64,000 nt of DNA, taken from contig JBDHHQ010000012.1 of assembly GCA_039589315.1 (NCBI GenBank), positions 1 to 64,000 on the forward strand, in the 5' to 3' direction. The notes beneath the pieces are model-generated. The model was given only the letters and a program-made list of their open reading frames with translations. It made no database searches and was not told where the DNA came from. The position numbers and the translations under genes are program-made. This DNA comes from Gemmatimonadota bacterium. GTDB taxonomy: Bacteria > Gemmatimonadota > Gemmatimonadetes > Longimicrobiales > Gaopeijiaceae. This document shows positions 20,145 to 29,320 of this stretch, in pieces (position 1 is the first letter of the stretch; each line of letters begins with the position of its first letter).

Positions 20145-21131
20145 ATGGACACCAAGCGTCCTGTGAATCCCGCCGCCGAGGAGATCCTCGGTGGGTATTT
20201 TCCCGTTCTCGACCACGGCTTCGTCTCTCTCGTCGACTACATGGGAGGCGATGACAGCATCGAGCGCGCCGCGCGCGTCAGCTACGGCTACGGTACCAGA
20301 AAGCGGTCCCAGACGCGGGGGTTGGTACGCTACCTTCGCCGGCACCGACACACGACCCCCAGCGAGATGGTGGAGTTCAAGTTCCACTGCGCCATGCCCA
20401 TGTTCGTGGCGCGTCAGTGGATCCGCCACAGGACGGCCTCGGTGAACGAGTACAGCGCGCGCTATTCGCTGATGCCGCTGCTCTTCTACACGCCAGAACC
20501 GCGGCACTTTGCCCTGCAGAGTCCTCTCAATGCCCAGGGCAGGCAGCCGGACGCCGCTCCCCAGGACCTCTACACCGAAGCCATGAGCCGTTGGGAAGCC
20601 ATGCGCGAAGCCGCGGCCGACGGCTATCGCTGGATGTTGGAGGAGGACGTGGCGAGGGAGCTGGCGCGGATCGATCTGCCGCTCTCCACCTATACCCAGT
20701 GGTACTGGAAGATCGACCTCCACAACCTCCTCCACTTCCTGAGCCTGCGCGTGGATCCCCACGCACAGCTCGAGATCCAGGAGTACGGTCGCGTGATGGC
20801 CGGCATGGTCAAGCGCGTGGCGCCTCTCAGCTACGATGCCTGGGTGGATTACGACCTGGAGGGCCGGCCCATGAGCAGGGGCGAGCTGGAGGCGATCCGG
20901 CGCCTTCTGGAGGGGTCCGCCGAGTCCGGCATCCGTATGCGTGACGACGCCACGGCGGTGGGAGTCGACGAGCTCGCGGGTCTCGGCCTGTCCAAGCGCG
21001 AGATCCGGGAGTTGGTGGCAAAGCTGCGGCCCACGGACCGACCGGACTTCGAGCTCGATCTCTCCAGGATGCGGTCCGCCGAGGAAGTGGCGGCCGAGAT
21101 GGAGCAGGCGGTCCCCGGAGTCTACGAATGA
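20145..21131 (+). CDS. thyX: FAD-dependent thymidylate synthase
   Basis: AARVSY, RHRHTTPSE, RQWIRHRTASVNEYSARY, ELARIDLP, HAQLEI. Confidence 0.95.
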   Translation: MDTKRPVNPAAEEILGGYFPVLDHGFVSLVDYMGGDDSIERAARVSYGYGTRKRSQTRGLVRYLRRHRHTTPSEMVEFKFHCAMPMFVARQWIRHRTASVNEYSARYSLMPLLFYTPEPRHFALQSPLNAQGRQPDAAPQDLYTEAMSRWEAMREAAADGYRWMLEEDVARELARIDLPLSTYTQWYWKIDLHNLLHFLSLRVDPHAQLEIQEYGRVMAGMVKRVAPLSYDAWVDYDLEGRPMSRGELEAIRRLLEGSAESGIRMRDDATAVGVDELAGLGLSKREIRELVAKLRPTDRPDFELDLSRMRSAEEVAAEMEQAVPGVYE

Positions 21132-21181
21132 GCCAACCAGCCGGGGGTTGGACCCGCGGATCCTGAGGTTCCGGCCCGATC

Positions 21182-22399
21182 ATGACCGCCGCCTCGTCGG
21201 CTGATTGGCAGGTCACCGCGGCCGACCTGCACGATCGTCTCTGGGACGTGGTCGTCGTCGGTGCGGGGCCGGCGGGGTCGACGGCAGCCCTGAGGCTTGC
21301 TCGCGCGGGACGATCGGTCTGTGTCGTCGACAGGGCCCGGTTTCCGAGAGACAAGGCATGCGGGGACCTCCTGATCCCCGACGCGATCGGAGCCCTGCGG
21401 CGATCGAGGCTCTACGAGGAGGTGCGAGCCGTCGCCCACCCTTCCGCCACGACCATCCTCACCAGTCCGTCTCGGATCGAGTGGAGCATGAGGGGCGAGT
21501 ACCTGGCTGTGAAGCGGCTTGACCTGGACGCGATCCTGGCCGGGGGCGCCGCCCGCCAAGGGGCCGCTGTGGCTCACGCCAAGGTCGAGGGCCTGGGCTT
21601 GGAGGGAGGGGACGAAGTGGTGCTTCGCCTCCACGACGGTGGCAGGATCCGGGGCCGGATCGGCGTGGTGGCTACGGGCGCCGACGTCTCACTCCTCGAG
21701 GACCTCGGTATGGTCGAACGACCGGCACCGTCCTCATTCGCCGTGCGAGCCTATGTTCGGTCTCGCAAGGAGATCGACGCCGTGGTCATCGCGTTCGACC
21801 GAGCGGTCGTTCCCGGCTACGGGTGGATCTTCCCCATGCAGGACGGCGAGTACAACGTCGGCGTCGGAGTCGTCTACGAGAGTGACGCGGCCCGAAGGCG
21901 CAACGTCCGCAAGCTGTTCGACACCTTCGTGCGGGAATACCCGGCCGCTCGTGAGCTCCTGGATGGAGCGGAGGAGCTGACGGACCTCAAGGGAGCTCGG
22001 CTGCGCAGCGGACTCCACGGTGCTCGGCCGTGGGGCCACGGTCGCATCGTGGCGATCGGCGAGACGATCGGTACCACCTTCCCGTTCACTGGCGAGGGGA
22101 TCGGCAAGGCCATGGAGTCCGGTGAGGTCGCGGCCGAGGTCATCGAAGACGCTCTGGACGACGGGCTGAAACGCCTCTCTGCCTATCCCTCGCGAATCGA
22201 AGACCAGCTTCGGCCCAAGTACTACGGGTACCAGGTCGCCGAGCGCTGGCTTTCCAAGCCGTGGCTGGGTGACCTCATGGCATGGCGGGCCTCTCGCAGC
22301 CGCTATGTGCGCGAGGCCGCTGAAGGGATCATCGCCGAGACGCGGGATCCCCGGGACGTATTCTCCGTCGGAGGCTTCTTGCGCTCCTTCCTCCACTGA
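21182..22399 (+). CDS. Geranylgeranyl reductase family FAD oxidoreductase
   Basis: VVGAGPAG, FPRDKACGD, GYGWIFP, NVGVG, PFTGEGI. Confidence 0.88.
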   Translation: MTAASSADWQVTAADLHDRLWDVVVVGAGPAGSTAALRLARAGRSVCVVDRARFPRDKACGDLLIPDAIGALRRSRLYEEVRAVAHPSATTILTSPSRIEWSMRGEYLAVKRLDLDAILAGGAARQGAAVAHAKVEGLGLEGGDEVVLRLHDGGRIRGRIGVVATGADVSLLEDLGMVERPAPSSFAVRAYVRSRKEIDAVVIAFDRAVVPGYGWIFPMQDGEYNVGVGVVYESDAARRRNVRKLFDTFVREYPAARELLDGAEELTDLKGARLRSGLHGARPWGHGRIVAIGETIGTTFPFTGEGIGKAMESGEVAAEVIEDALDDGLKRLSAYPSRIEDQLRPKYYGYQVAERWLSKPWLGDLMAWRASRSRYVREAAEGIIAETRDPRDVFSVGGFLRSFLH

Positions 22400-22455
22400 G
22401 CCGAGGCACCACCCATCAGCCTCCGGTCCGCTTCTCCCCACATCTGAGGACGATC

Positions 22456-22905
22456 ATGCGATACCTGACGGTTGCACTGTTGCTGACCCCGATCTGGACG
22501 AGCTCACCCCTCGCAAGTCAGTCGAGCGACGACACCGAGGCGGTCAAGGCCACCCTGATCGCCATGTGGCAGGCCATCGAGGAAGGGGACCTCGAGCGGT
22601 ACAAGAGCTTCGTGCATGAGGACTTCAGCCAGTTCGGAGAGAACGACGTCTATCTGGCCGAGGGCAAGGAGCTGGAGATTCGGGGCATGGCCGAGTGGCT
22701 GGCGCGTGCCGAGGGCGTGCACACGGAGATGCACCAGCCGACGGTGACCGTCCGGGGAGACGTGGCGTGGATCACCTACTACTGGACCGACTCCGGGGTT
22801 TCCGACGGTGAGCGCTTCGCCACCCGCGGCAAGTCCACCCGCATCTTCGTGCGGGAGGATGGACGGTGGGTGTGCATCCACGGACACTACACGGCCGTAG
22901 AGTGA
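22456..22905 (+). CDS. Exported NTF2-like / DUF4440 protein
   Basis: Signal peptide; VAWITY, TRIFVREDGRWVCIHGH end typical of the SnoaL/NTF2 fold. Confidence 0.8.
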   Translation: MRYLTVALLLTPIWTSSPLASQSSDDTEAVKATLIAMWQAIEEGDLERYKSFVHEDFSQFGENDVYLAEGKELEIRGMAEWLARAEGVHTEMHQPTVTVRGDVAWITYYWTDSGVSDGERFATRGKSTRIFVREDGRWVCIHGHYTAVE

Positions 22906-22960
22906 CGGGGCGCGGATCCAGGCTACGCACCCCTGGACGGGAGTGACGGGGCGCGGATCC
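22900..22960. repeat. 20-bp direct repeat GAGTGACGGGGCGCGGATCC with 21-bp spacer
   Basis: Exact copies at 22900-22919 and 22941-22960. Confidence 0.8.
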
Positions 22961-23055
22961 TGGCGCGATCGGCGCCCATGAGTGGCGGCGGCGACCCTGG
23001 GGAGCCAACCTTGAGTACGAGGTTCCGACGACAACGGCACACAAAGGAGCGCGGG

Positions 23056-23523
23056 ATGAGTGATGAGGTGGTGTACCGCTCGCACGTTCGCATCGAGCGG
23101 ATCAAGGGGCCGCATCGGCACGCGTACCTGCCAGCCGATACGGGGCCCGTGGACTTCGGCGTGCACGGGGCGGTGCGGGAGCACTACGGGGCTCAGACGG
23201 ATCGGGAGTACGCGACGACCCTGGACTACGTGATCGCCGCCACCAGCGGCTGACTGACGGGAACCTTCGGAGGCGCGCTGGAGGCGCGCGAGATCCCCGC
23301 TGGCGACCGACGGCTCACTGCGGATGTCGAGGGGGAGGTGGAGAAGGAGGAAGGGGTGCTGGTCATCCGGAGGATCCACGTCCGGTACCATCTGCAGGTC
23401 CCGGCGGGGTTGGAGGAGGCGGCCCGACGTGCGTTCGACGTCCATCCCCCTTACTGCCCGGTGTACCGGACCCTGTCGGGCTGCATCGACGTCACTACGG
23501 AGCTGGTCCTGGAGGTCGCCTGA
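23056..23523 (+). CDS. OsmC-family protein, probable selenoprotein (Sec66 / Cys134), 155 aa
   Basis: AAGGAG RBS; ORFs 22978-23253 and 23338-23523 are one frame split only by TGA 23251-23253 in DYVIAATSG-U-LTGT; second Cys in YCPV; hairpin after the TGA. Confidence 0.8.
23251..23303 (+). promoter_or_regulatory. Candidate bacterial SECIS element
   Basis: GCGCGC(23273-78)-TGGAG-GCGCGC(23284-89) stem-loop, loop 25 nt after the UGA and G-containing; lower GGGA/TCCC pairing. Confidence 0.65.
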
Positions 23524-23535
23524 AGCGACCTGGAA

Positions 23536-23577
23536 AGACAACCGCCCGCCCAGCTGAAGCCGGGCGGGCGGTTGTCT
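23536..23577. terminator. Probable bidirectional terminator hairpin between convergent genes
   Basis: Perfect 16-bp inverted repeat AGACAACCGCCCGCCC / GGGCGGGCGGTTGTCT. Confidence 0.8.
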
Positions 23578-23609
23578 CGTTTCGGTACAGACTGTGCCGT
23601 CAGCCTGCC

Positions 23610-24296
23610 TCAGGGTGAGACAACTGGACGCGTAGCAGTCTGGTCGCCGCTGTGGTCGATGACGATCACGACGCGCCGGTTCTGCCACCCCTCCTGACCG
23701 GGCCCCGTGGCTCCGACCGCTACCAGGCGCTCGGTGTCCTCGCCGTAGCTGACGGCGCGGATCTGATCGGACGGCACGCAGCCGCCACCCACGAGATACT
23801 CCTTCACGGAGTTGGCCCGGGCCTGACCCAGCTTGAGGTTGTACGCTTCCGCACCCGCAGGATCGGTGAAGCCCTCGATGGTCACGAGCGAACCCGCGTA
23901 GTAGTCCTGGATCACCGCACAGAAGCGGTCGAGAACGTCCCGATCCTCGGTGCGGATGTCGGAGTCGTCGAAGGCGAAGTACACGGGTGTGCTGAAGCGC
24001 AGCGCGGTTTCGAGTCGCTCCACGGCCACGTCGAACTCGCGCTCGAGAGAGCGCAGGTCACGCTCGAGGGCTTCGACCGTGCGCTCGTTGGCCGCCACAC
24101 GCTCTTCGACGCCGTCGATGCGTCCGTTCAGCGACCCAGCTACCTGCTCATCGCCTGCCTGCATCTCTCCCCGGATGTGGGCGATCTCGGTGTCAAAATC
24201 TTCACGGCCGACGTGGGAGCAGCCGGCGGCAGCGATGGTCATGCCAGTCACGGCAAAGAGGGCGACGGATCGATAGACGGAATCCCAGCGGATCAT
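23610..24296 (-). CDS. OmpA-family (peptidoglycan-binding) lipoprotein with coiled coil
   Basis: AAGC lipobox; VYFAFD, EGFTD, YNLKLGQARA, SYGE, NRRV; GGAGG RBS. Confidence 0.88.
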   Translation of the reverse strand: MIRWDSVYRSVALFAVTGMTIAAAGCSHVGREDFDTEIAHIRGEMQAGDEQVAGSLNGRIDGVEERVAANERTVEALERDLRSLEREFDVAVERLETALRFSTPVYFAFDDSDIRTEDRDVLDRFCAVIQDYYAGSLVTIEGFTDPAGAEAYNLKLGQARANSVKEYLVGGGCVPSDQIRAVSYGEDTERLVAVGATGPGQEGWQNRRVVIVIDHSGDQTATRPVVSP

Positions 24297-24434
24297 GGTA
24301 CCTCCAGCTCGCGAATCAAGGTCAGGGGCCTGCCGCACCGTCTTGGCGCGTACGTCCACCACCATTAATGGCAGAACGCGTGCCAGAAATCCAGCCGGCG
24401 GTACACGCGTGAGTTCTCGGTTCCGGAGTCTCCG

Positions 24435-25775
24435 TCAGAGCCCTTCCGGCCAGGCTTCGTACGAGCCGGCGCGACGGAGCACCGCCTGGACCCGCACCGC
24501 GAGACGTCGGGGATCGATCGGCTTGCGCAGATAGTCGTCGGCGCCGGCCTCCAGAAGCTCGATCTCCACTCGTGGGTCTTCGATGCCCGTAAGCACCACG
24601 ACCGGAAGGCCGGCTGTGCCGATCGTGCCTCTGATCCTCGCCAGCACCTCGCGCCCGTGCAGCTGCGGCATGTTGAGATCGAGCATCACGAGTGAGACGT
24701 CCCCGTACTCGTCCAGCAGGGCCAGAGCGGGGGGGCCGTCGTCCGCTTCGAGCACTTCGAATCCCTGCTTCTCGAGAACCGAGCGCATCAGGAGCCTGGC
24801 CGACGCGTCGTCGTCCACCACGAGGACGCGGCCCATGACGGGCGCCGCCTTCGCCAGCTCGATCGCCTGTTGGACGTGCTCGAAGTAGGCCTCGTAGTCC
24901 GGCTCCTCGTCGAGGATGGAGAGTCGCTCGCCGTTGATCCCCGGGGAGGTTACCACGAACAGCTCCTTTTCGTGGCCGTTTGAAGCGACGCGAATCACGC
25001 CGTGCTGTGGCTTCACTCGTTCAGCAAGATCCAGACCGGCGAGACTCTTCATGCGGAAGATCACGCGGGCCATGGCTAACAGCGGCAGGTGCATGAAGTG
25101 GTGAAGCTGACCTCCGGTGCGGATCCTCACGCGTCCGCCGTCCCGCTGGGGCTCGACGTGGAGCTCGGTCGTGTCTTCGTTCGAGAACTGGTCGAGGATG
25201 AGCGTCGAGAGCTTCACCAACGGCGGCGATTCGAGATCGAAGCTCGCGGCGTTCTCCAAGGCCTGCGCGCGGACCAGACGTAGACTGTCGGGTCTCGTGC
25301 TGGACACCAGGTTGCTGACGACGTTCTCGAGAAACTGGTCCGGGGCGTAGAAGCGGTCGATGGCACCCAGGATGAGGTCCGGACGGCCCACCAGATACCG
25401 GACCGATCGGCCGGAAAGAGCCTCCAGGTCATCCTGGGATCGTCGATTCAGGGGATCAGCGGTGGCAACCGCGACCTCACCATCTGTGGCGCTCAAGGGG
25501 AAGACGCCGTAGCGGCGGGCGACCTCGGCCGGGATCAGCTTGAGTGCCTGCCCGTCCGCCCGATGCAGATCGGCCTTGTCGAGATGGAAATGAGCCGCCA
25601 CGCGATCCGCGAGCTCGTCCTGGGAGAGGCCTGTGGCATCAGCGACGGCGTTCCACGCGCTGACGAGCTCGGCCGGCTCGGGATTTGGACGGAGGTCGAG
25701 ATCGACGCCCGAAAAGTCGGCTAGCTCGGCGAGCCAATGCACTGATCGGATGGTGGGGTCCGATTGGTCGCTCAT
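24435..25775 (-). CDS. GspE/PilB N-terminal domains fused to a response-regulator receiver (no ATPase core)
   Basis: ARRYGVFP/ATADPLN (T2SSE_N), LHVEP...AGLDLAER..PQHG (N2-like), then VVDDD, LDLNMP, GADDYLRKP. Confidence 0.75.
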   Translation of the reverse strand: MSDQSDPTIRSVHWLAELADFSGVDLDLRPNPEPAELVSAWNAVADATGLSQDELADRVAAHFHLDKADLHRADGQALKLIPAEVARRYGVFPLSATDGEVAVATADPLNRRSQDDLEALSGRSVRYLVGRPDLILGAIDRFYAPDQFLENVVSNLVSSTRPDSLRLVRAQALENAASFDLESPPLVKLSTLILDQFSNEDTTELHVEPQRDGGRVRIRTGGQLHHFMHLPLLAMARVIFRMKSLAGLDLAERVKPQHGVIRVASNGHEKELFVVTSPGINGERLSILDEEPDYEAYFEHVQQAIELAKAAPVMGRVLVVDDDASARLLMRSVLEKQGFEVLEADDGPPALALLDEYGDVSLVMLDLNMPQLHGREVLARIRGTIGTAGLPVVVLTGIEDPRVEIELLEAGADDYLRKPIDPRRLAVRVQAVLRRAGSYEAWPEGL

Positions 25776-25933
25776 GGGCCTTTGCCACTGCCGCGGCGTC
25801 GAGGGATCGCTCGGGATTGCATTACAGAAGAGAAAACTAGTGGATCGGTGTCGGATTCATAAGGAGGGAGGGGTCCATGGGCGAGGGATTCCCGATTGCG
25901 TCGGGCGGGAGCCATAGGCAATCTTGCCCGATC

Positions 25934-27742
25934 ATGCAGATCGCCTACGTGGACGGCCCCCGACTCAAGCGTTCGCTCCTGGCCGCTTGTGAGTACGCCC
26001 AGCGCATGCGGGCCGAGCTCAACCGCATCAACGTGTTTCCCGTACCTGATGGCGACACGGGCACGAACCTCTCCCTCACCGTCCAGGCCATCGCCGACAA
26101 GCTGCGGCGCAACCGGCATCGCGACGTCTCCGTCGTGGCGCACGAGGCGGCCCAGGCAGCGATCATGGGTGCTCGGGGGAACGCCGGCATGATGCTCTCC
26201 CACTTCCTCCTGGGCTTCTCGGAGAGCGTGGGCGGACGGGACCGGATGAGCACGGAGGATCTGGGCACGGCCCTGACAGCGGGCGTCGACCACCTGCACG
26301 CGGCCCTCGAGCATCCGGTGGAGGGAACGATTCTGACGGTGATGCGGGACACCGCTACCGTTGCGGCGTCTTCGGTGCATGAGGACTTCGTGCCGCTGAT
26401 CCGACAGATGCTGGACGAGGCGCGGGAGTCCCTGGCGCGGACGCCGGAGCTGCTACCGGTCCTACGGAAGGCCGGTGTCGTGGACGCCGGGGCCAAGGGG
26501 TTCGTCCATCTACTGGAGGGCGTGCTGCTCTACATCAATGGCGACCCCCTCGTCGAGGCGGAGCAGGACTTCTCTTCCCGTCCGGCCGTTGCGGCCGAGA
26601 TCGAGTTTCCGGGAGTCGAGGAGCAGTACCGCTATTGTGTCGAGGGGCTGGTCCGGGGCGACGGCCTGCCGGATCAGAAGACGGTGCAGGGGGCGCTTCG
26701 GGCCGTTGGCGACTCCCTCATCGTCATCGTCGCCGCCGACGTGCTGAAGGTGCACGTCCACACGGACGAGCCCGAGCGCGTGTTCGACTGGCTCAGGACC
26801 CACGGCTCACTGGTCACACACAAGGCCGAGGACATGCGGGTCCAACACGAGACGCTGGAGCGGGCGTCTCGGGACCATGTGAGCCTGGCCCGTCGGCCCG
26901 TCACCGTGGTGACCGACACGGCAGCCGACCTGCCCGACGAGGTGGTTCGGGCCCACGGGATACATCTGATCCCCATGACGTTGGTGACCGAGGACGCGGT
27001 CTATCGGGACCGCATCGATATTTCTGCGGAGGAGTTCGCCGCCCGCATGGTCCGGGACGAGGAGCTCCCCACCACTTCCCAGCCGGCTCCGGCGGCCTTT
27101 CTGCAGGGCTATGCCCGGGCGGCCGAAGACGGCGAGGAGATCCTGGCGGTCGTGGTGGGTTCCGCCCTCTCCGGGACGTACAATTCGGCTGAGGCGGCGG
27201 CCCACCAGTTCCACGACGCCCCCGTCCACCTCGTGGATTCGCGGGGCGCATCGCTGCTGCAGGGACTGTTGGCCCTGAAGGCCGCCGAGCTGGCCGAGGC
27301 GGGCGTGCCGCCCGGGGAGGCGGCGCGGGAGCTGGCGCGGATCCGCGATCAGTCCGGCATCCTCTTCACCGTCGAGACCTTCGATCGCCTGCTGGCCTCG
27401 GGGCGTGTCGGGCGTGGCAAGGCGCTTCTGGGCGGGCTGCTGGGCGTGCGGCCCATCCTGGGGCTCACCCCCGAGGGCCGCGTGAGGCCCTTCGGCAAGG
27501 CCATCGGTGGCGAGCGGGTCATCCAGGCGCTGCTGAACACGGTGGACCAGGAGATCACCGGCGCCAGGCAGGTCCGCTTCGGGGTGATCCACGTGGCCTG
27601 TCCCGAGGTGTCCGACCGAGTATCCGCGCTCCTACGGAAGCGGTACGACGACCCCGAGATCCTCCAGCACCCGGCCACTCCCGTCATCGCGACTCACGTA
27701 GGACCCGGCGCATGGGGCGTCGCGTACCTGGTGGAGGACTGA
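25934..27742 (+). CDS. DAK2-DegV fusion (fatty acid kinase FakA/FakB-like)
   Basis: NVFPVPDGDTGTN, GARGN, EGTILTV, VDAGAKG, KVHVHT; then VTDTAADL, TTSQP, SGTY, HVGPG. Confidence 0.9.
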   Translation: MQIAYVDGPRLKRSLLAACEYAQRMRAELNRINVFPVPDGDTGTNLSLTVQAIADKLRRNRHRDVSVVAHEAAQAAIMGARGNAGMMLSHFLLGFSESVGGRDRMSTEDLGTALTAGVDHLHAALEHPVEGTILTVMRDTATVAASSVHEDFVPLIRQMLDEARESLARTPELLPVLRKAGVVDAGAKGFVHLLEGVLLYINGDPLVEAEQDFSSRPAVAAEIEFPGVEEQYRYCVEGLVRGDGLPDQKTVQGALRAVGDSLIVIVAADVLKVHVHTDEPERVFDWLRTHGSLVTHKAEDMRVQHETLERASRDHVSLARRPVTVVTDTAADLPDEVVRAHGIHLIPMTLVTEDAVYRDRIDISAEEFAARMVRDEELPTTSQPAPAAFLQGYARAAEDGEEILAVVVGSALSGTYNSAEAAAHQFHDAPVHLVDSRGASLLQGLLALKAAELAEAGVPPGEAARELARIRDQSGILFTVETFDRLLASGRVGRGKALLGGLLGVRPILGLTPEGRVRPFGKAIGGERVIQALLNTVDQEITGARQVRFGVIHVACPEVSDRVSALLRKRYDDPEILQHPATPVIATHVGPGAWGVAYLVED

Positions 27743-27748
27743 GCCCGC

Positions 27749-29320
27749 GTGCTCGTCGAAACCGCCAGCACGATGCTTCCCCTCGCCCTGCCACAGGAGG
27801 GGTCCGTCGTGAGCGTGACCGCCAACGGGTGGGCGGTCGCGGCCTTCCTGGGCTATCTGGCTTTGCTGGTGGTCATCGGGGTGTACGCCACCCGGTTCTC
27901 CTCGACCGGGGTGAGCGAGTTCTTCGTGGGCGGCCGGCGCATGAACCGGCTGGTCGTGGCGCTCTCGGCGGTGGTGTCGGGCCGAAGCTCCTGGCTGTTG
28001 CTCGGGGTCACCGGCATGGCCTACGCCCAGGGGGCCTCCGCCCTCTGGTCAGTGGTGGGCTACACGGTGGCAGAGCTCATCCTGTTCCTCACCTTCGCGC
28101 GCCGACTGCGGCACTTCGCCGAGGCTCGCGACTGCGTCACCCTACCGGACTTCTTCGCTGCTCGGTTCGGTGACGAGGACGGGCGGCTTCGGCTCACCCT
28201 GGCGCTGGTCATCCTGATCTTCATGGTGAGCTATGTGTCCGCCCAGTTCGCGGGAGGCGGGAAGGCGATGGGAGCGAGCTTTGGCCTGTCGCCCACCACG
28301 GGCGTGCTGATTACGGCAGTGATCGTTTTGCTGTACACCATGATGGGTGGATTCCTGGCGGTGAGTCTGACCGACACCCTCCAGGCCGGCTTCATGATAC
28401 TGGCCCTGGCCTTCCTCCCCATCGTGGCGACCGTCGACGCGGGGGGCATGGCGGCCGTGCGCAGCGAGCTCTCGGCGTTCGATCCCAGCTTCCTCGATCC
28501 CACCGCCCTGGCCATGGGGGCGTTCCTGGGGCTCGTCGGCATCGGCCTCGGCTCGGCCGGAAACCCCCACATCGTGGTGCGTTACATGTCCATCGACGAC
28601 CCGGACCAGCTTCCCTTCGCCGCGGCCGTGGGGACCTTCTGGAACGTCGTCATGGGCGCCGGCGCGGTGGCCATCGGTCTCGTGGGACGGGTGTACTTCC
28701 CGTCGGCCGAGATGCTGTATGCCACCGACACGGAGAACCTCTACCCGATGTTGGCCCAGCAGCACCTGTCGCCGGCGCTCTTCGGGATGGTCGTTGCATC
28801 CATCTTCGCGGCCATCATGTCCACCGCCGATTCCCAGCTGCTGGTGGCGGCGTCGTCGGTGGTCAGGGACTTCTACCAGAAAGTGCTGCGACGCGACGAC
28901 AACGTGCCGGACAGGCGTCTGGTCCTCATCTCGCGCGTCGTGGTGGCGGGTCTCGTCGGCGTGGCCCTCGTGCTCGGCGTCGTGGCGGAACAGCTCGTCT
29001 TCTGGCTCGTGCTCTTCGCGTGGGCGGGCCTGGGGGCATCGTTGGGGCCCACGTCGATCCTCGCGCTCTATTGGCGGCGAGCCACCCGGGCCGGAGTGTT
29101 CGCCGGCCTGATCACCGGCACGGTCGTCACGGTGGTCTGGTACTTGACCCCGGCGCTGAAGGGGCGCCTGTACGAGCTGATCCCGGCGTTCTTCCTCGCC
29201 TTGCTCGCCACCGTCGTCGTGAGCCTTCGCACCCGTCCGCCCGAGGGCGTCGAGGACGCATTTTCGGCGATGCAGAGGCCCGGCCGAGGCGGGCGAGGGG
29301 ACACGGAGGGCCCGGGCTAG
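27749..29320 (+). CDS. putP: Sodium/proline symporter (SSS family)
   Basis: Polytopic membrane protein; GNPHIVVRYM, AAIMSTADSQLL, YELIPAF; exact start uncertain. Confidence 0.8.
   Translation: MLVETASTMLPLALPQEGSVVSVTANGWAVAAFLGYLALLVVIGVYATRFSSTGVSEFFVGGRRMNRLVVALSAVVSGRSSWLLLGVTGMAYAQGASALWSVVGYTVAELILFLTFARRLRHFAEARDCVTLPDFFAARFGDEDGRLRLTLALVILIFMVSYVSAQFAGGGKAMGASFGLSPTTGVLITAVIVLLYTMMGGFLAVSLTDTLQAGFMILALAFLPIVATVDAGGMAAVRSELSAFDPSFLDPTALAMGAFLGLVGIGLGSAGNPHIVVRYMSIDDPDQLPFAAAVGTFWNVVMGAGAVAIGLVGRVYFPSAEMLYATDTENLYPMLAQQHLSPALFGMVVASIFAAIMSTADSQLLVAASSVVRDFYQKVLRRDDNVPDRRLVLISRVVVAGLVGVALVLGVVAEQLVFWLVLFAWAGLGASLGPTSILALYWRRATRAGVFAGLITGTVVTVVWYLTPALKGRLYELIPAFFLALLATVVVSLRTRPPEGVEDAFSAMQRPGRGGRGDTEGPG

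Noticed and set aside
22900..22960. Repeat-spacer-repeat as a mini CRISPR
   Set aside because: Only two 20-bp copies, a 21-bp spacer, overlap with a gene end, and no cas genes
23251..23253. TGA as a nonsense mutation (pseudogene) or genome-wide stop reassignment
   Set aside because: It falls on the catalytic Cys column with a hairpin behind it, while many other genes here end normally at TGA
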